64,000 nucleotides of DNA, taken from the human T2T-CHM13v2.0 reference genome, Homo sapiens. Below, piece after piece: positions 13,609 to 27,500 of the stretch. Position 1 is the stretch's first letter; the number at the start of each line of letters is the position of its first letter. The stretch is taken from NCBI RefSeq assembly GCF_009914755.1, contig NC_060940.1, one strand, 5' to 3'. The translations under genes were made by a program, and so were the position numbers. The notes beneath the pieces were generated by a model. It did no database searches and was not told where the DNA came from. It worked only from the letters and a program-made list of their open reading frames with translations.

Positions 13609-14605
13609 CCACAATGTGATACTACCTTACTCCTGCAAGAATGGCCATAATAAAAAAAAAATCTATAAATAGTAGATGTTGTCATGGTGGCAGTGATCAG
13701 GGAACACTTCTACGCTGCTGGTGTGAACGTAAACTACTACAGCCACTATGGAAAACAGTGTGGAGATTTCTTAAAGAACTAAAAGTAGAGCCATCATTTG
13801 ATTTAGAAATCCCACTACTAGGTATGTACCCAGAGGAAAATAACTCATTATTCGAAAAACGTGCTTGCACATGCATGTTTATAGCAGCACAATTTCCAAT
13901 TGCAACCCAAATGCCCATCAATCAAGTGGATAAAGAAACTGTGATATATATATATATAAAATGATATACATGATATACATATATATATGATATACGTATC
14001 ATATTATGATATATGATATACGTATCATGTTATGATATATGATATACGTATCATGATATATGATATACGTATCATATATCGACATATGATATACGTATCA
14101 TATTATGATATATGATATACGTATCATATATCGACATATGATATACGTATCATATATCGACATATGATATACGTATCATATATCGACATATGATATACGT
14201 ATCATATGATATATGATATACGTATCATGTCGACATATGATATACGTATCATATGTCGACATATGATATACGTATCATATGTCGACATATGATATGATTA
14301 TATATCATAATGTATATCATATATCATAATATGTGTATATATATATATATAGTATTACATATAATATACTACTACTCAGCCATACAAAGGAATGAATTAA
14401 CGGTATTTGCAGTGACCTGGATGAGATTGGAGGCTATTATTCTAAGTGAAGTAACTCAAGAACGGCAAACCAAACATCCTATGTTCTCACTGATAGTGGG
14501 AGCTAAGCTATGAGGATGCAAAGGAAAAAGAGTGATACAATGGACTTTGGGGACTTGCAGAGAACAGTGGAAGCAGGGCAAGGGATAAACAAACAAACAA
14601 AAACT
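13609..14605 (+). mobile_element. L1PB1-like 3' fragment nested in the L1MA, with TSD
   Basis: ORF2 C-terminus (CWCERKLLQPLWKTVWRFLKELK); gggagctaagctatgaggatgcaaagg..gatacaatggactttggggac. TSD aaaaaacaacttttc (13594-13608) vs aaaaagcaaattttc (14606-14620). Confidence 0.85.
13942..14367. repeat. AT-rich minisatellite, about 26-bp period, 12 copies of core gatatacgtatc
   Basis: Core starts at 13989, 14015, 14041, 14062, 14088, 14114, 14140, 14166, 14192, 14215, 14239 and 14265; flanked by degenerate (TA)n. Confidence 0.95.
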
Positions 14606-14630
14606 AAAAAGCAAATTTTCATTTTATTGA

Positions 14631-15100
<470 letters not shown>

Positions 15101-15674
15101 TGATATAGGTATTTATTGCTATAAACATCCCTATTAGTACTGCTTTTGCTGTAATTCATAGATTTTGGTATGTTACGTATTTTCACTGTTTTAAGAATTT
15201 TTAAAACGTTCTTGTCAATTTATTATTGGCTCGTTTGTCATTCACAAGTATGTTGTTTAATTTCCATGTATCTGTGAAGTTTCCAGTCAGTGTTCCTCTT
15301 GTTATTGATTTCTAGTTTTATTCCATTGCAGTCTGAAAAGGTACTTGATAGGATTTCAACTTTTTTGAACTTATTGAGACTTGTTAAATGGCCTAACATA
15401 TGATCTAGTCTGAGGAATGTCCCATGTGCTGATAAAAAAGATGTGTATTCTGCAGCAGTGAGTGAAATGTTCTGTAAATGTCAGTTAGGCACATTTGGAT
15501 ATATGCAACTTTTTGAGGAGTTTTGCTATAAAGGACAGAAGGAAGATGAAGTGATACTAAGAAAGTGATGCACAGAGGAAGTTTTTATAAGATGGGAGAA
15601 ATAACAGTACAGTTTTTGTTGACATGATTACCTAAAAGAAATAGAAGAAATTTTGCAGGAATATAGCAGGCAAT

Positions 15675-16438
15675 GTTGCCATCCTAACCATAATCCTGTG
15701 GCTCATCCTAGAGGTCAGCTCAGCTGTGGTGGACGGGTCCCTACTTTCTCTCATCCAGATGTCTCCTTACCTTCAGTACCTCTGTCTCTATGCTGGAGGG
15801 CTATTTCTGGATCATGGTAGTCCAGAATTCCAGAAAGTTAATACTCATAGGAGTAACTCTTAACTAGTATGAGATGGAATTGGTGGACAAGTCACCCAGC
15901 TTCCTCTTCCCTCAAAGAATGCTATTTTGTCATGTTATGCAACTTCTCTCTGGAACCCAGGGAGATTGAATCTGAATTGTTAGTCTCCTCCCTTTCCTGT
16001 CTCATTTCCTAATTTCTTCAGTGTGGTTCCTGGAATCCCTGTTAATGCAAAATACTGGCTGGCTGGGCATGGTGGCTCACACCTGTAATCCCAGCACTTT
16101 GGGAGGCCAAGGCAGGCAGATCACCAGGTCAGGAGTTGGAGACCAGCCTGACCAACATGGTGAAACCCCATCTCTACTAAAAATACAAATAATTAGCCAG
16201 GCATGGTGGCATGCCCCCGTTGTTATCTCAGCTACTCAGGAGGCTAAGGCACTAGAATCGCTTGAACCCAGGAGGCGGAGGTTGCAGTGAGCGGAGATCA
16301 AGCCACTGCACTCCAGCCTGGGCAACAGAGCAAGACTCCATCCCAATAAAATAAAATAAAATACTATAAATAAAGCAACATATTTGCTTCCAAATAGTTG
16401 ACTTTGGATCTGCTTTTAGGTAAACCCAAATTAAGACA
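15675..16438 (+). mobile_element. LTR33-like ERVL LTR split by an Alu
   Basis: cagctgtggtggac, cccagcttcctc, ccctttcctgtctca; ends ctgcttttaggtaaacccaaattaagaca. Confidence 0.6.
16061..16374 (+). mobile_element. Alu (AluSg/Sc-like)
   Basis: ggctgggcatggtggctcacacctgtaatcccagcac; shortened gatcac-caggtc; (taaaa)n tail. Confidence 0.92.
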
Positions 16439-17589
16439 AGGAGGAAAAATAAAGGGAATTTGCTTCAACTCCTTTGAATGATTGTGAATGTGAGAGTTTA
16501 AGGGATCTATTTCAAAAATGAAAGGTTTCTCCTTATTTAAGATAATGGCCAGTACATTTAAGGCAACAGATGAGAATATATGTATGTAGATCGAGGTAGT
16601 ATGGTAAGATGTGGTGGTAAGAGCCTGTGAGAATTCTTTTCCAAATGCTTTTTTATTCTCAAATCATTAATTGAAAGTGAGGAGAGAAGGGGAATATTTT
16701 AGAAGTTTGAGTGATTAAAAAAGTTCTAAAAAACTTATAGAGGTAAGTGGACTAAGGGAAAACCATAGGATTGCCAAGGTTCTACATGAGGTTAAATTAA
16801 CCTCTTTAATTCTCTCTTTAATTAAATTAAAGAGAGAATAAGAGTGTCTTATCTGTCCAAGTTTTGCTGTGTAGATGTAGACATGAAGAAAGCATGGAGT
16901 TAACATCAAGTGTGCTTGAAGTTTTGCCAAACGAAGATGGGAGCTTAGACAAGGAAATGTAGGATGTATACAAAAGAGTAATATGAGAACTGTACCATAG
17001 AAACAATATGTAAAGAGGAAAGTGTGAACATAGAGGAAAGGTTTGTGACAGAGAATAGTGTAGAATAAATGGATTGTAGAACAGGATGAGGTCTGATAAC
17101 CTTACAATAGAGAATGAGAAGAATGTGCCGTTAGAATTAGGGGCAAGATTGTGAGAATGACAATGGAGGGGACAGATGGGACAGGGACATAATTATAAAT
17201 ATAGCTAATGTTTCCTGAGGAGATCCATCTTAGCACTTCACAAAACAAATTATCTCACTTAAGTCTTATAAAACTCCCATAGACAGCACTATTATATCTA
17301 TCGTTGCAAATTAGTAAAAAAAAATAGATAACTTAAAAGCATTTCCTTAATATATTAATATGTCTGGGAGAGGTAGATGTTAGGGCCAGAATTCAATCTC
17401 AGATCCTTCTAAATCTTTCACATTTAAATTATTTTCTTACAAAATGATATAATTATTTTTTTAAAAAAACATGATTCTAGACACAAAGTAGGTGCTTAAT
17501 AATTACTGATAAGGAAGAGATCACTAAAATCATTCTGTGTGATACTTGGGCAATTCTGTCTATGAAATCTGGCTTTGAAATATTTTATT

Positions 17590-17956
17590 GGCCAGGCGGG
17601 GTGGCTCACACTTGTAATCCCAGCACTCTGGAAGGCCGAGGTGGGCAGATCACTTGAGGTTAGCAGTTTGAGACCAGCCTGGCCAACATGTTGAAACTCT
17701 ATCTCTACTAAAAATACAAAAATTAGCCAGCTGTGGTGGTACATGCCTGTAGTCCCAACTATGCGGGCGCCTGAATCGCTTGAACCGGGAGGTGGAGGTT
17801 GCAGTAAGCTGAGGTCACGCCGCTGCACTCCTGCCTGGGCAACAGAGTGAAACTCCTTTTTCAAAAAAGAAAAAAAGAAAAAAAAAAAAGAAAGAGAGAA
17901 AGGAAGGAAAGAAAAGAAAGAAAAAGAAAGAAACGAAAGAAAGAAAAAAGAAAGAT
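17590..17956 (+). mobile_element. AluS with (GAAA)n-expanded tail and TSD aaatattttat
   Basis: TSD at 17578-17588 and 17957-17967; small internal deletion in the right arm. Confidence 0.92.
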
Positions 17957-18038
17957 AAATATTTTATCTCTGAAAAAAAAAACCTGCAATATTTTTCCAT
18001 ATAGCAAAACCTGTGGGCACTGATAAATACATACTATA

Positions 18039-18062
18039 GTGTGTGTGTGTGTGTGTGTGTGT
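18039..18062. repeat. (GT)12 microsatellite
   Basis: Read directly. Confidence 0.9.
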
Positions 18063-19828
18063 TTACAATAATGTATATGTGTGTTAGATTTATTTTCCTG
18101 CAAATAAACCCCTCATCTCATGCCTCAAGCAGTGATCTTGTCAGTTCTCATAAGCTAAACACAATCAGCACAGATCAGTATGTGCCTGGATTCAACTCCA
18201 GGGATAAGGCAGGTGCAGGTCTGGAGCTGACCTGATGTTTCAACAGGTATAATTCTTCTGTAAGTGCTAGGTGTGAAAAACACACTGGTAGCAGTATGTC
18301 CTGCTGTATCAGACCTCAGATTGTTTGAATACTGCACTCCAGCTTTTAACCACTTTCTCTACCCGCACACTTAGTAGCAGGCAATGTCACCTACATGACA
18401 TTTGGCTGGGCTCAGCTCCTCTTGCACCCCACCTCTTTGCACCTGGACAGAAAATGAAAGTGCTCATAGAATAAGCATCACAGGTGACAGAGCACCAAGA
18501 CTCAGAACTAGAGACTGACAGGAAATACTTCATGAACCATGCATGGCTGAGATTTCCTTGTGAGCTGAAGAGAGCTAAAAGCCTAATTCAGCTCATTTCT
18601 ACTCATTAATCACAAGAGATGAATGGTGTCTGCTGTCCCAAATTTCACTTGCAGATGGAAATTAATTAGTAGATTATTCACTTAAAGTGTTTTTATACAT
18701 TTTTTGAATTTCTTCTATATCTTAGTCATTAGTTGTAATCTTGCTTTTATTTTCTCATTTAACCCTGATAAAATTCCTATACAGTAAATAGTCTTACAGA
18801 CGGCTCTTTTCATTTTATGCACTCATTATTCAATTCCCTTTATTCTGGTGAATACATTTATGTGTCTCCGCTATCAAACTGGCATCAGGCTTACTGCCTG
18901 CACACTTTAGGGATGGATTGCGAGCTGTAATTCAAGACCAGTCAATCAAAGTACATTGTTCACGGACAGACAAATGTTCCAAGAGGCCAATGAGATAAAC
19001 TGGAAATATTGTTGAAACTGAGGAGAAGGAAAATGTTTTTACCCAATATGATGATGTGAGAGGAGAGCTGCTGGGGACCACTTACCCATTCCTTTCGAGA
19101 GCTTGCCTTAGAGAAAAGCCAAAATGGTGGAAAGAATGCCTGGTTATCTTTTGTTTCTTTTTTAACTTTGAATGAAATTTGTTCTTACTTGTAACCAGAA
19201 TGATACTACCCCCTACATTCATTATTTCCATATTGTATCTAAGAAAATTGCAGCTCAGAGATGCTCAGAAGTGTCTTACTTTACACATTAACTGTCTTTT
19301 GTAGGAATGAAGTCACAATTGGGAATGAAGTAATACTGATTTTTAACCCACCTTTTTGATATAGCAACTAACTGCTGTCTGTTATTTTTGATGTAGTACT
19401 TTGAAATTATTTTTAAAGAGTTTTTATTGAGAATGAAAAATGTGGAAGAATAAAACTTATTTCCTAGCCCAAGGTAGATGTCCACTTCAAAAAAAAAAAA
19501 AGTAGGAAGTTTTTCAACTACTTTGCCCTTCTATCTGAAATTCCTTCAAATGAAGAAGAAGAACAAAGCAGAGACAACTGGTTTAATGAGCTTGGAAAGC
19601 ACTAACTCCATATACAACATCATTTCTACTAGTAGTGGTTATCATATTTTCATCACTTGCTATATTTCAGTCACCATGAAAAGTACTTCACGTATTTTCT
19701 CAGTGAATCTTCGAAATCACCAGATGTGGAAAATTCTATTCATATTAATTAGTACTCTACTTTAAATTAATAAGATAGATCCCCAAGAAGATACCATTTT
19801 TTCCAAAAATCAAAATCTAGCGAATATT

Positions 19829-20173
19829 GACAGTCCAAGATTACGATGGTGCCACTTAAGATCCAACTTTACGATGGTGCAAAAGCAACACACTTTCCAG
19901 GAGAAACCATACTTTGAGTACCCATACAACCCTTCTGTTTTTCACTTTCATTGCATTAGATATTCAACACTATATTATAAAATAGGGTTTGTGTTAGAAG
20001 ATTTTGCCCAACTGTAGGCTAATGTAAGTGTTCTGAGCATGTTTAAGGTAGGCTAGGCTAAGCTATAATGTTTAGTAGGTTAGGCATATTACACGCGTTT
20101 TTGACTTACAATATTTTCAATTTACGATGAGCTTATTGGAATGTGACCCCAGTTTAAATCAAGGAGCATCCAT
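19829..20173 (-). mobile_element. MER47A-like (Tigger/TcMar) DNA transposon
   Basis: tttgcccaactgtaggctaatgtaagtgttctgagcatgtttaaggtaggctaggctaagcta; ends aaggagcatc. Confidence 0.78.
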
Positions 20174-20621
20174 AGTAGGTTGTGAATTTAATTCAGCTCT
20201 GAAATTATATCGTAGAGTTCATGCCTTAGCTATTCTTATATAGAGTACAATGAACATTTTATCTTCCATTACCTCATTTAAATTACATAAAACAAGCTTA
20301 AGTTAACTCATAGAGTTAATGACAGAAGATTACTTAGAGCATATTCCTATACAAAATTATTTTCCCCTTATTCTTTCGGTGAGTTTGTTTTGTTTTTCAT
20401 TTTTCCTAATTTAGTATTTTCTTATTCTCTCTAGATCAAGGGGAGAAGACATATTTCACAGTGACATAGATGTTGTCTCCTCAGGATGCCCAATTCACAC
20501 TTCATTTTTGACTTCTAGATGGGGACAAAATTACTTTTCCTCTCATTAGTAAATAGAGTATGATCCTATGCAAACCACAATGGAATGCATTAAATATAAA
20601 ACCCATCTTCCTTGTTCTGTT

Positions 20622-20663
20622 CACACACACACACACACACACACATACACACACACACACACA
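20622..20663. repeat. (CA)n microsatellite, one interruption
   Basis: Read directly. Confidence 0.9.
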
Positions 20664-21645
20664 CTCTCTGAAGTATGTAAACAAGATGTCATTTTCATTT
20701 TATTAATACACATACTGAGGCAAAGGAAGTAAAGTGATAATCATGATGATGATAACACTAATGAAAATCTACAGCCATAAAACACAAGGTGCCTTAAACG
20801 AGGAAAGTGACCTAACCCAATCTCACTATCAATTACATCTCTTTTCCTTTGCACAATGACACATTGATCCCTCTGATTACCTCTAATGCTTTGCCTCTAT
20901 CCAGTTACTACCTTACTCCAATACAAAAAGGGGAGAGTTAATCCACAGCTAGAGTAGTTATCAAGGCTTATGTTCAATACTGGTATGTCTTAAGGAAAAT
21001 GATATGAAAAAGAATCAAACAGATTTAGATTTTGCTTCTGATTCAATCATTTAAAAAAAATTTATCCCAAGCATCAAGGCCTGTTTCTTAAAATGAGAAG
21101 GATGCCTACTGCAACTTTTATGCAGTAACTAATAGTCCCAAAATTTTACAGTGAATGGAATAAAAAGAAGAGAGACACAGAGAGAGAAGAACAAGTTAAT
21201 TTCATTATTACCAACACAACCTGTGCCTTCAACACTACTCTCCTGTTTTGTTTAAGGTATTTAACCTGATAAGCCAGGTATGAATTCATGTTTTTTTTTT
21301 GTTAAAATTGTACTCATTTTGAGTGCCTAATAAATGCTTGGCAGAAGGCTTATACAGTAGAAACTCAGTAAATCTTACTAAATGAATAAAGAATTCATAT
21401 TAGTATAAAAATTTTAGAAATTTCATTTATAACAAGAACATTGAAGGTTTATTCATATGATTTTGATAAATTACTACGGTACTAGCAAATGACAGAAGAT
21501 AATTGCTTCACTTTTTGGAAATCACTTAATCATTTATTCCTACTTATTTATTTTAGAGGCAGGGCAAAATTTGAGACAGAAAAAGTTCAGCTCTCCAGTC
21601 ATAAACTAATTTTATCAAAAGTGAAAATGATGATAGTAGCTAAGC

Positions 21646-21870
21646 ACAGGTTGAATAGCTCTGATCTGAAATACTTGAGACCAGAAGTATTTTAATTTCA
21701 TATTGGTTCAGATTTTGGAACCTTTTTACTCAGCATTCCTAATCCAAAAATATTAAATCTAAAATTCTCCAATGATCATTTTTTTTGGAGTGTCATGTTG
21801 GTGCTCAAAAGTTTTGGATTTCGGAACATTTTGGATTTCAGGTTTTTGGATCAGGGATACTCAATTTGTA
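21646..21870. mobile_element. Tigger4a (MER46/Zombi) MITE
   Basis: Terminal inverted repeats caggttgaatag / gatactcaatttg; tgtcatgttggtgctcaaaagttttggatttcggaacattttggatttc. Confidence 0.78.
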
Positions 21871-22119
21871 AGCATATTAGTAAGAATTTGAAGTGTTTTC
21901 CATATGTGATTTATCTTGTTAAATTTTCTCTATCCATTTCTGAGCTAGATATGGTTGATTAAGTGCTAGGAAAAGATTTAGTGATTTATCCATGGTCATG
22001 TGAAAATTGTGGGCGTTAGATTTATACCTCGTCTTCTAATTTCAGTGTCTGTTGTTTCATGTATCTCACAGATTCTGCTTATTTATTGATATGATGAGAG
22101 AAACTCTGTCAATAGTCAA

Positions 22120-22731
<612 letters not shown>

Positions 22732-22856
22732 AATAAAGGTAAAGTTTTATTAAAATAACAAATGCTAAAAAACAAGATTGATAATAGGCAAATAATTACC
22801 ATTTTCAAAATGTAAAAAAAAAAGTAAACTATAGGAAAAAAACCTGAAAAATTCAT

Positions 22857-22969
22857 TGTGTGTATATATACATATATTTATATATATGTATATATATATA
22901 TTTACATATATTTATATATATGTATATATATATATACATATATTTATATATATGTATATATATATTTAC
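22857..22969. repeat. Degenerate (TA)n array with higher-order duplication
   Basis: atatacatatatttatatatatgtatatatata block repeated. Confidence 0.85.
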
Positions 22970-23149
22970 ATCATTCATTACATCTTAAAATATGCTTTTG
23001 TTATATGGTGTTTTATCCCCATCTTGGTCATTTTTGTTAATCCTGAAATGCTTGGGAATTTCCAAAAGAAAGGAGCAGATTTTGATGTGTGCAGATTGAT
23101 TCAGTGATAAATGTGTTGGATGGGGGGACTGCTTTGTCTCATCATTTCA

Positions 23150-23594
23150 GGAAAATATTATAAAAAAATTATATAATAATTTTACAGCTTAGATAAAAAT
23201 CAACAAATTCCTTAAAGAAAAACTTACCAAAAGTGACTCCCAAAGGAAAGAGAATATTTGAATGTATCTCTGTAAAATTATAGTTTTGAATCTGTTATTA
23301 AAAACATGCATCTGAAAAAATTCTGGGCCAGAATGGTTTCACTGGTAAATCACATCAAACATTTCAGGAAGAAATAATGCCACACTTGCAAAAATATTTT
23401 AAATAAATAGAATAGGTATACCAGTACCCCATTTGTTTTATGAAGTTAGTATAACCCTAAAATTAAAACTTGACAAAGATATCATAAGAGAATAAAATTA
23501 TAGAATAAGATCCCTTATAATCCTAGACTTACATATTATTATATGTATTAGAAATTCATTTTCAGAAACATATAAAAGGATACTAGTTTATGAC
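23150..23594 (+). mobile_element. Old L1M ORF2 fragment
   Basis: ctgggccagaatggtttcactggtaaa..aaacatttcaggaagaaataatgcc..ttttatgaagttagtataaccct. Confidence 0.7.
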
Positions 23595-23852
23595 TGTGAA
23601 GGGCAGAATAAGCCCCCCAAAGCTGCCCAGGTGCTAATTCCTGGAACTTTCAAAATCAGGTTATGTGACAAAGGAAAATTAAGGTAGCAGATAGAGTTAA
23701 GGTTACTAATCAGCTAAACTTAAATATTAAATAGGTTATGTTGGATTACCTGGATAGAATCACAATGGTCCTTGTAAGTAGAACAGGGAGGCAGAAGACA
23801 GAGAACAGTGAGATGGCAGAGTGAGAAGGACTCAGTCCAATATTCTTGGCCA
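23595..23852 (+). mobile_element. MLT1D-like LTR fragment
   Basis: ggcagaataagccccccaaag..aattaaggtagcagatagagttaaggttactaatcagct. Confidence 0.7.
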
Positions 23853-23909
23853 ACAAAATATGACTTGCATAATTTGAGTCAATATAGGAGTTGGTATTAA
23901 CTGTGGGTC

Positions 23910-24081
23910 TTTTTTAGAAAATTATTTTGAGTTCTGGGGTACATATGCAAGTTTCTTACCTAAGTAAACGTGTCATGGGGGTTTTTGTGCAGATTATTTC
24001 ATCAACCAGGTATTTAACTTAGTACTCATTTGTTACTTTTCCTGATTCTCTCCTTCCTTCCACTCTCCTCCCTCTGTAGGC
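23910..24081 (-). mobile_element. L1PA15/16-like 3' fragment with TSD actgtgggtc
   Basis: ggggtacatatgcaagtt..taaacgtgtcatggggg. TSD at 23900-23909 and 24082-24091. Confidence 0.85.
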
Positions 24082-24484
24082 ACTGTGGGTCATTTTTAAG
24101 CTTAAAAATTTTATTATTGTAAAAATTAATAAAATAAATTATATCCAATTTTAAATAGATGTGAATTCATGGAGATTTTAATAAATCTGCTACCTTGCCT
24201 GAATTTAAACACTATTAAAATTAGGCAAACCTGCACTGAATAAATTCAGTCAAGGACATTGGGAGGTTATATAAATGCCTGTTAATTTCAGGGACTATAA
24301 CTTTAAAAAGAGGGTATAAATGATGAATGATAGATTTAATAATGTAGACAGGGTAGAAGGGCGTGTAAAATCTTGACTGCATGGAGAAAAATATTGATAC
24401 ATCCTGTATTCACATGCTATGGAAGATCTTTTGCACTATGGTTCCAATAGGAACTCTGGGGCAAGTGTATTAGTTCAGTCATAC

Positions 24485-24595
24485 TCCAGGAGCTTGTTAG
24501 GAATGCAGATTCCCAGACCCTACCCCGGACCGAATGAAGCAGAATCTACATTGTCACAAGATTGGAAATGCGTGTTTGCATTACATTTTGATGAT
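24485..24595. mobile_element. MER5A fragment (hAT-Charlie)
   Basis: ggagcttgttaggaatgcagattcccagaccctaccccggacc..gaagcagaatct. Confidence 0.7.
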
Positions 24596-27500
24596 ATGCT
24601 ATTTAGAGAAGGAGCACGGTATTATAGTCAAATAAGTTAAAGTGATAGGGTTAGAACGTATATGTACAGAATCAGAATCATTTTTATTTTATTTTTACTT
24701 CTCTCTAAATTCCAACCAATATATGCATCCCAATATGCTCTACATTTCAGCCTATAAATATTCCTAAAATTTGACAAATTGATTTTATTTCTGGAAGTTT
24801 ATTTTCTGCTAAATTAATACAAATGGAGGGGAGATAAAAATTAGAAATAACGTATCATTGTAATACACAAGACTTTAAAAGACAATGAATGTTTACCACA
24901 TAAAGGTCAAATAAACTAGGGACATTCCTACCATAGGTTGGAAATTATCTAACATATTATTACCATAAAATTTATAATAATGAAAAGAGTTTGTGATATA
25001 AAAATGAATAATAAAGAAGCAAACTTATATATGTATTAGAATCACAATCAATCAAACGAACATTAAAGGTTAAGCATATTTCAAAGGAACATTTCAAGAG
25101 TTTACTCAAAGCCGAGTTTATTCCTTTGCCGGTGGAACTATGAGTCATTTAAAAATTTTGTTCAGTTGATATAATTTTTCTAATGTCTTTAGCCAGATAT
25201 ATTAATTTTAAAATAAAAAAATTAAATTAATTGGGAAAATACTTTTTGGACATGAAGACAACAAAGGCTAAAATTGGGATTCTTTTTGCTGAATATGAAT
25301 AAACATACGTGCAATAAAATAGGGCAGGAGAAAAAATTCTAAGTTGTCCTAAATTCCTTCTCTTACTGAAAATAGGACAATGAAACAAGAATTCTGACTT
25401 GCCCTAAATTCCCTCTGTTTTTGCTAAGTCAGCATTAATAAGAGAGAAGGTGGCATTTTTGACATACAGTTCTGACTGGCACTCAGCACAGTTACTGCCC
25501 ACCAATGTGTAATTGAAGTTAACTCTTGGAGAGTCATTTTCCCTCCCAAACGATAAACATGTAGAGAATTATCTGTGAATATAGCAGAGAAAAGTGGGTG
25601 GAAGGAGAGGGATCCACGGAGTTACTTAAAAATGTCTACAGCAATCTGTGACCCAGCTTCATCTTGGTTAGTGGAATGAAACTAAGAAATGACTCTGTTT
25701 TCCACTTCTCTTACAAAAGGTCTTGCTTTCTAGACCTCTTTGGTCAAAATCAATCTATGTTAATTTTGAATAGGCCAGATTGCAATTTAAATACAATGAA
25801 AATATGTGTGCCTATTATTTTTAACAAATTTTATCACACTACATTCATGAATTAAAATATTTGATAGCAAATAAGATCAATTTATAGAATCATGACAAAC
25901 ACACTTAATTTGTCTATCCTAAATAACATAGTATCTTAATTCTATGTAATTTGAAATGAATTTTCACACAAGATATCTTTAAAAGTTTAATATGGATAAC
26001 TGAAAAACTTTGAAACACCAAGCCAGCAACCCTAAGAGGTTCATTATTATAAATATACTACTACTCTGACTGCTATCTGTAAGCAAAATCATAGTTAATA
26101 AAGAAAAAAATGACAGTAACAACACTAAATTCACATTACCAATATTTTTACCATGTGCCTGTTTGCTGCTGAAGCAATCAGTCACTCACCAGAATGTTTT
26201 GAAGATGACTTTAAACTGCTCTTCCTGTTCCCACTCTTATCCTCTACTCTGGGAAAGTCTTCAGTCAGGAAGGCCACTGACCTTGGGCACTGAGACATTT
26301 CCCCCCACGCCTTCCCCCAAAAAGTAAGCAAGCTTTATCAGAATCTTCCATCCTTTATCCTTTGAAACAATTACTTCTGTATTCTAAAGCAATATTAGAT
26401 AAAATCTCTTACAATTCAGTTGTCACAAGTATGTCATATTATATAGTTTTACAAATTTAGCATTCTCAAGCAAAAGAAAGTAACATAACATGAAGCATGC
26501 ACTTTTACCTCTTTCCATATGATTGATATAAAATCATTGATTCCTAGAATTAGAAGGGTTCTTATAATTACTTTGTTTCTCAGTAATGTTGATTTATTGT
26601 GTTAAAGAATGTGTTAAGCCCTGCACCCAAAGTTGAAACAGACTCTACCATCTGTAACACTCCTGAAAGAAGTTGATTAATAGATATTTCTTATACTTGA
26701 ATGTAAAATCCAAAGTGGGATCATCATTCTATATTCACATAACCAATGCTTAAACATTATTAGGTTCTTAATAAACTTAAGATGGCTTGGTGTTCATGTT
26801 GAAGTGGCTCCTTGTAATGTGGAATATAAAGTAAATACAGTAAGTGATAAGGATGAAAATATTCTTCCTTACATTAAACTAGTATCTCTTTGTATTGTCT
26901 AATCATTGCTTCTATTTCTGAGCATTATAGCCAACCATAAGCTGGCATCAAGCAGATTCAGACAACAAAAACTGCCTTCGAGTTACATCATTCAATATTT
27001 GTGAAGAGTTATCACAAAATCAGTGGCAGAATTAATAGAGGCGGTCGTAGACATTGATTACTGTTGAAGGAAGGGGGGCAGGAAAATTATTTTAAGAAAG
27101 AAGTTAGTGGCTGGGCAAGGATTGTTGAAGCAATATGCAATCTCAAGAGTACATGTGAAGAGTTATATGAAGAAAATTAAAAGAAATGCATCCATGATGC
27201 AAAATAAAACACTAGAGTGAAGGGCAGAGCAAGGGACACATCACACATTTTCTTTGGAAAATTATTGAGAGGTTAGGTAAGAAAAACTTTTAATTCCTTG
27301 TAACAAATTTTTAATCTATAAATTCCAATTGTACCAATCACTTATCTGAACAACTTTTTATCCTGAGTTACATTTGACATAACCCAACAAATGGTGGGTA
27401 AAGATTTAAAATGGTGTTACTGTGTCAATATTTGTAGAATGTGCAAACTTTGGTCTAAGGTGCCTAAGCTATTTGAAGGTAAAATTACCTAAAATTTTTG

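Noticed and set aside
13641-13964. 107-aa ORF with CWCERKLLQPLWK
   Set aside because: Decayed L1 ORF2 C-terminus, not a host gene.
13989-14294. CRISPR-like look (constant core plus variable spacers)
   Set aside because: The spacers are 9-14-bp variants of one another, the context is a primate L1, and there are no cas genes; it is a minisatellite.
17496-17864. Alu-derived ORFs (also 7444, 14655, 16021, 32750, 43512, 51940)
   Set aside because: Typical Alu translations (e.g. [19 protein letters not shown]); no evidence of coding function.
22856-23107. YI-rich ORFs
   Set aside because: Translation of a (TA)n microsatellite.
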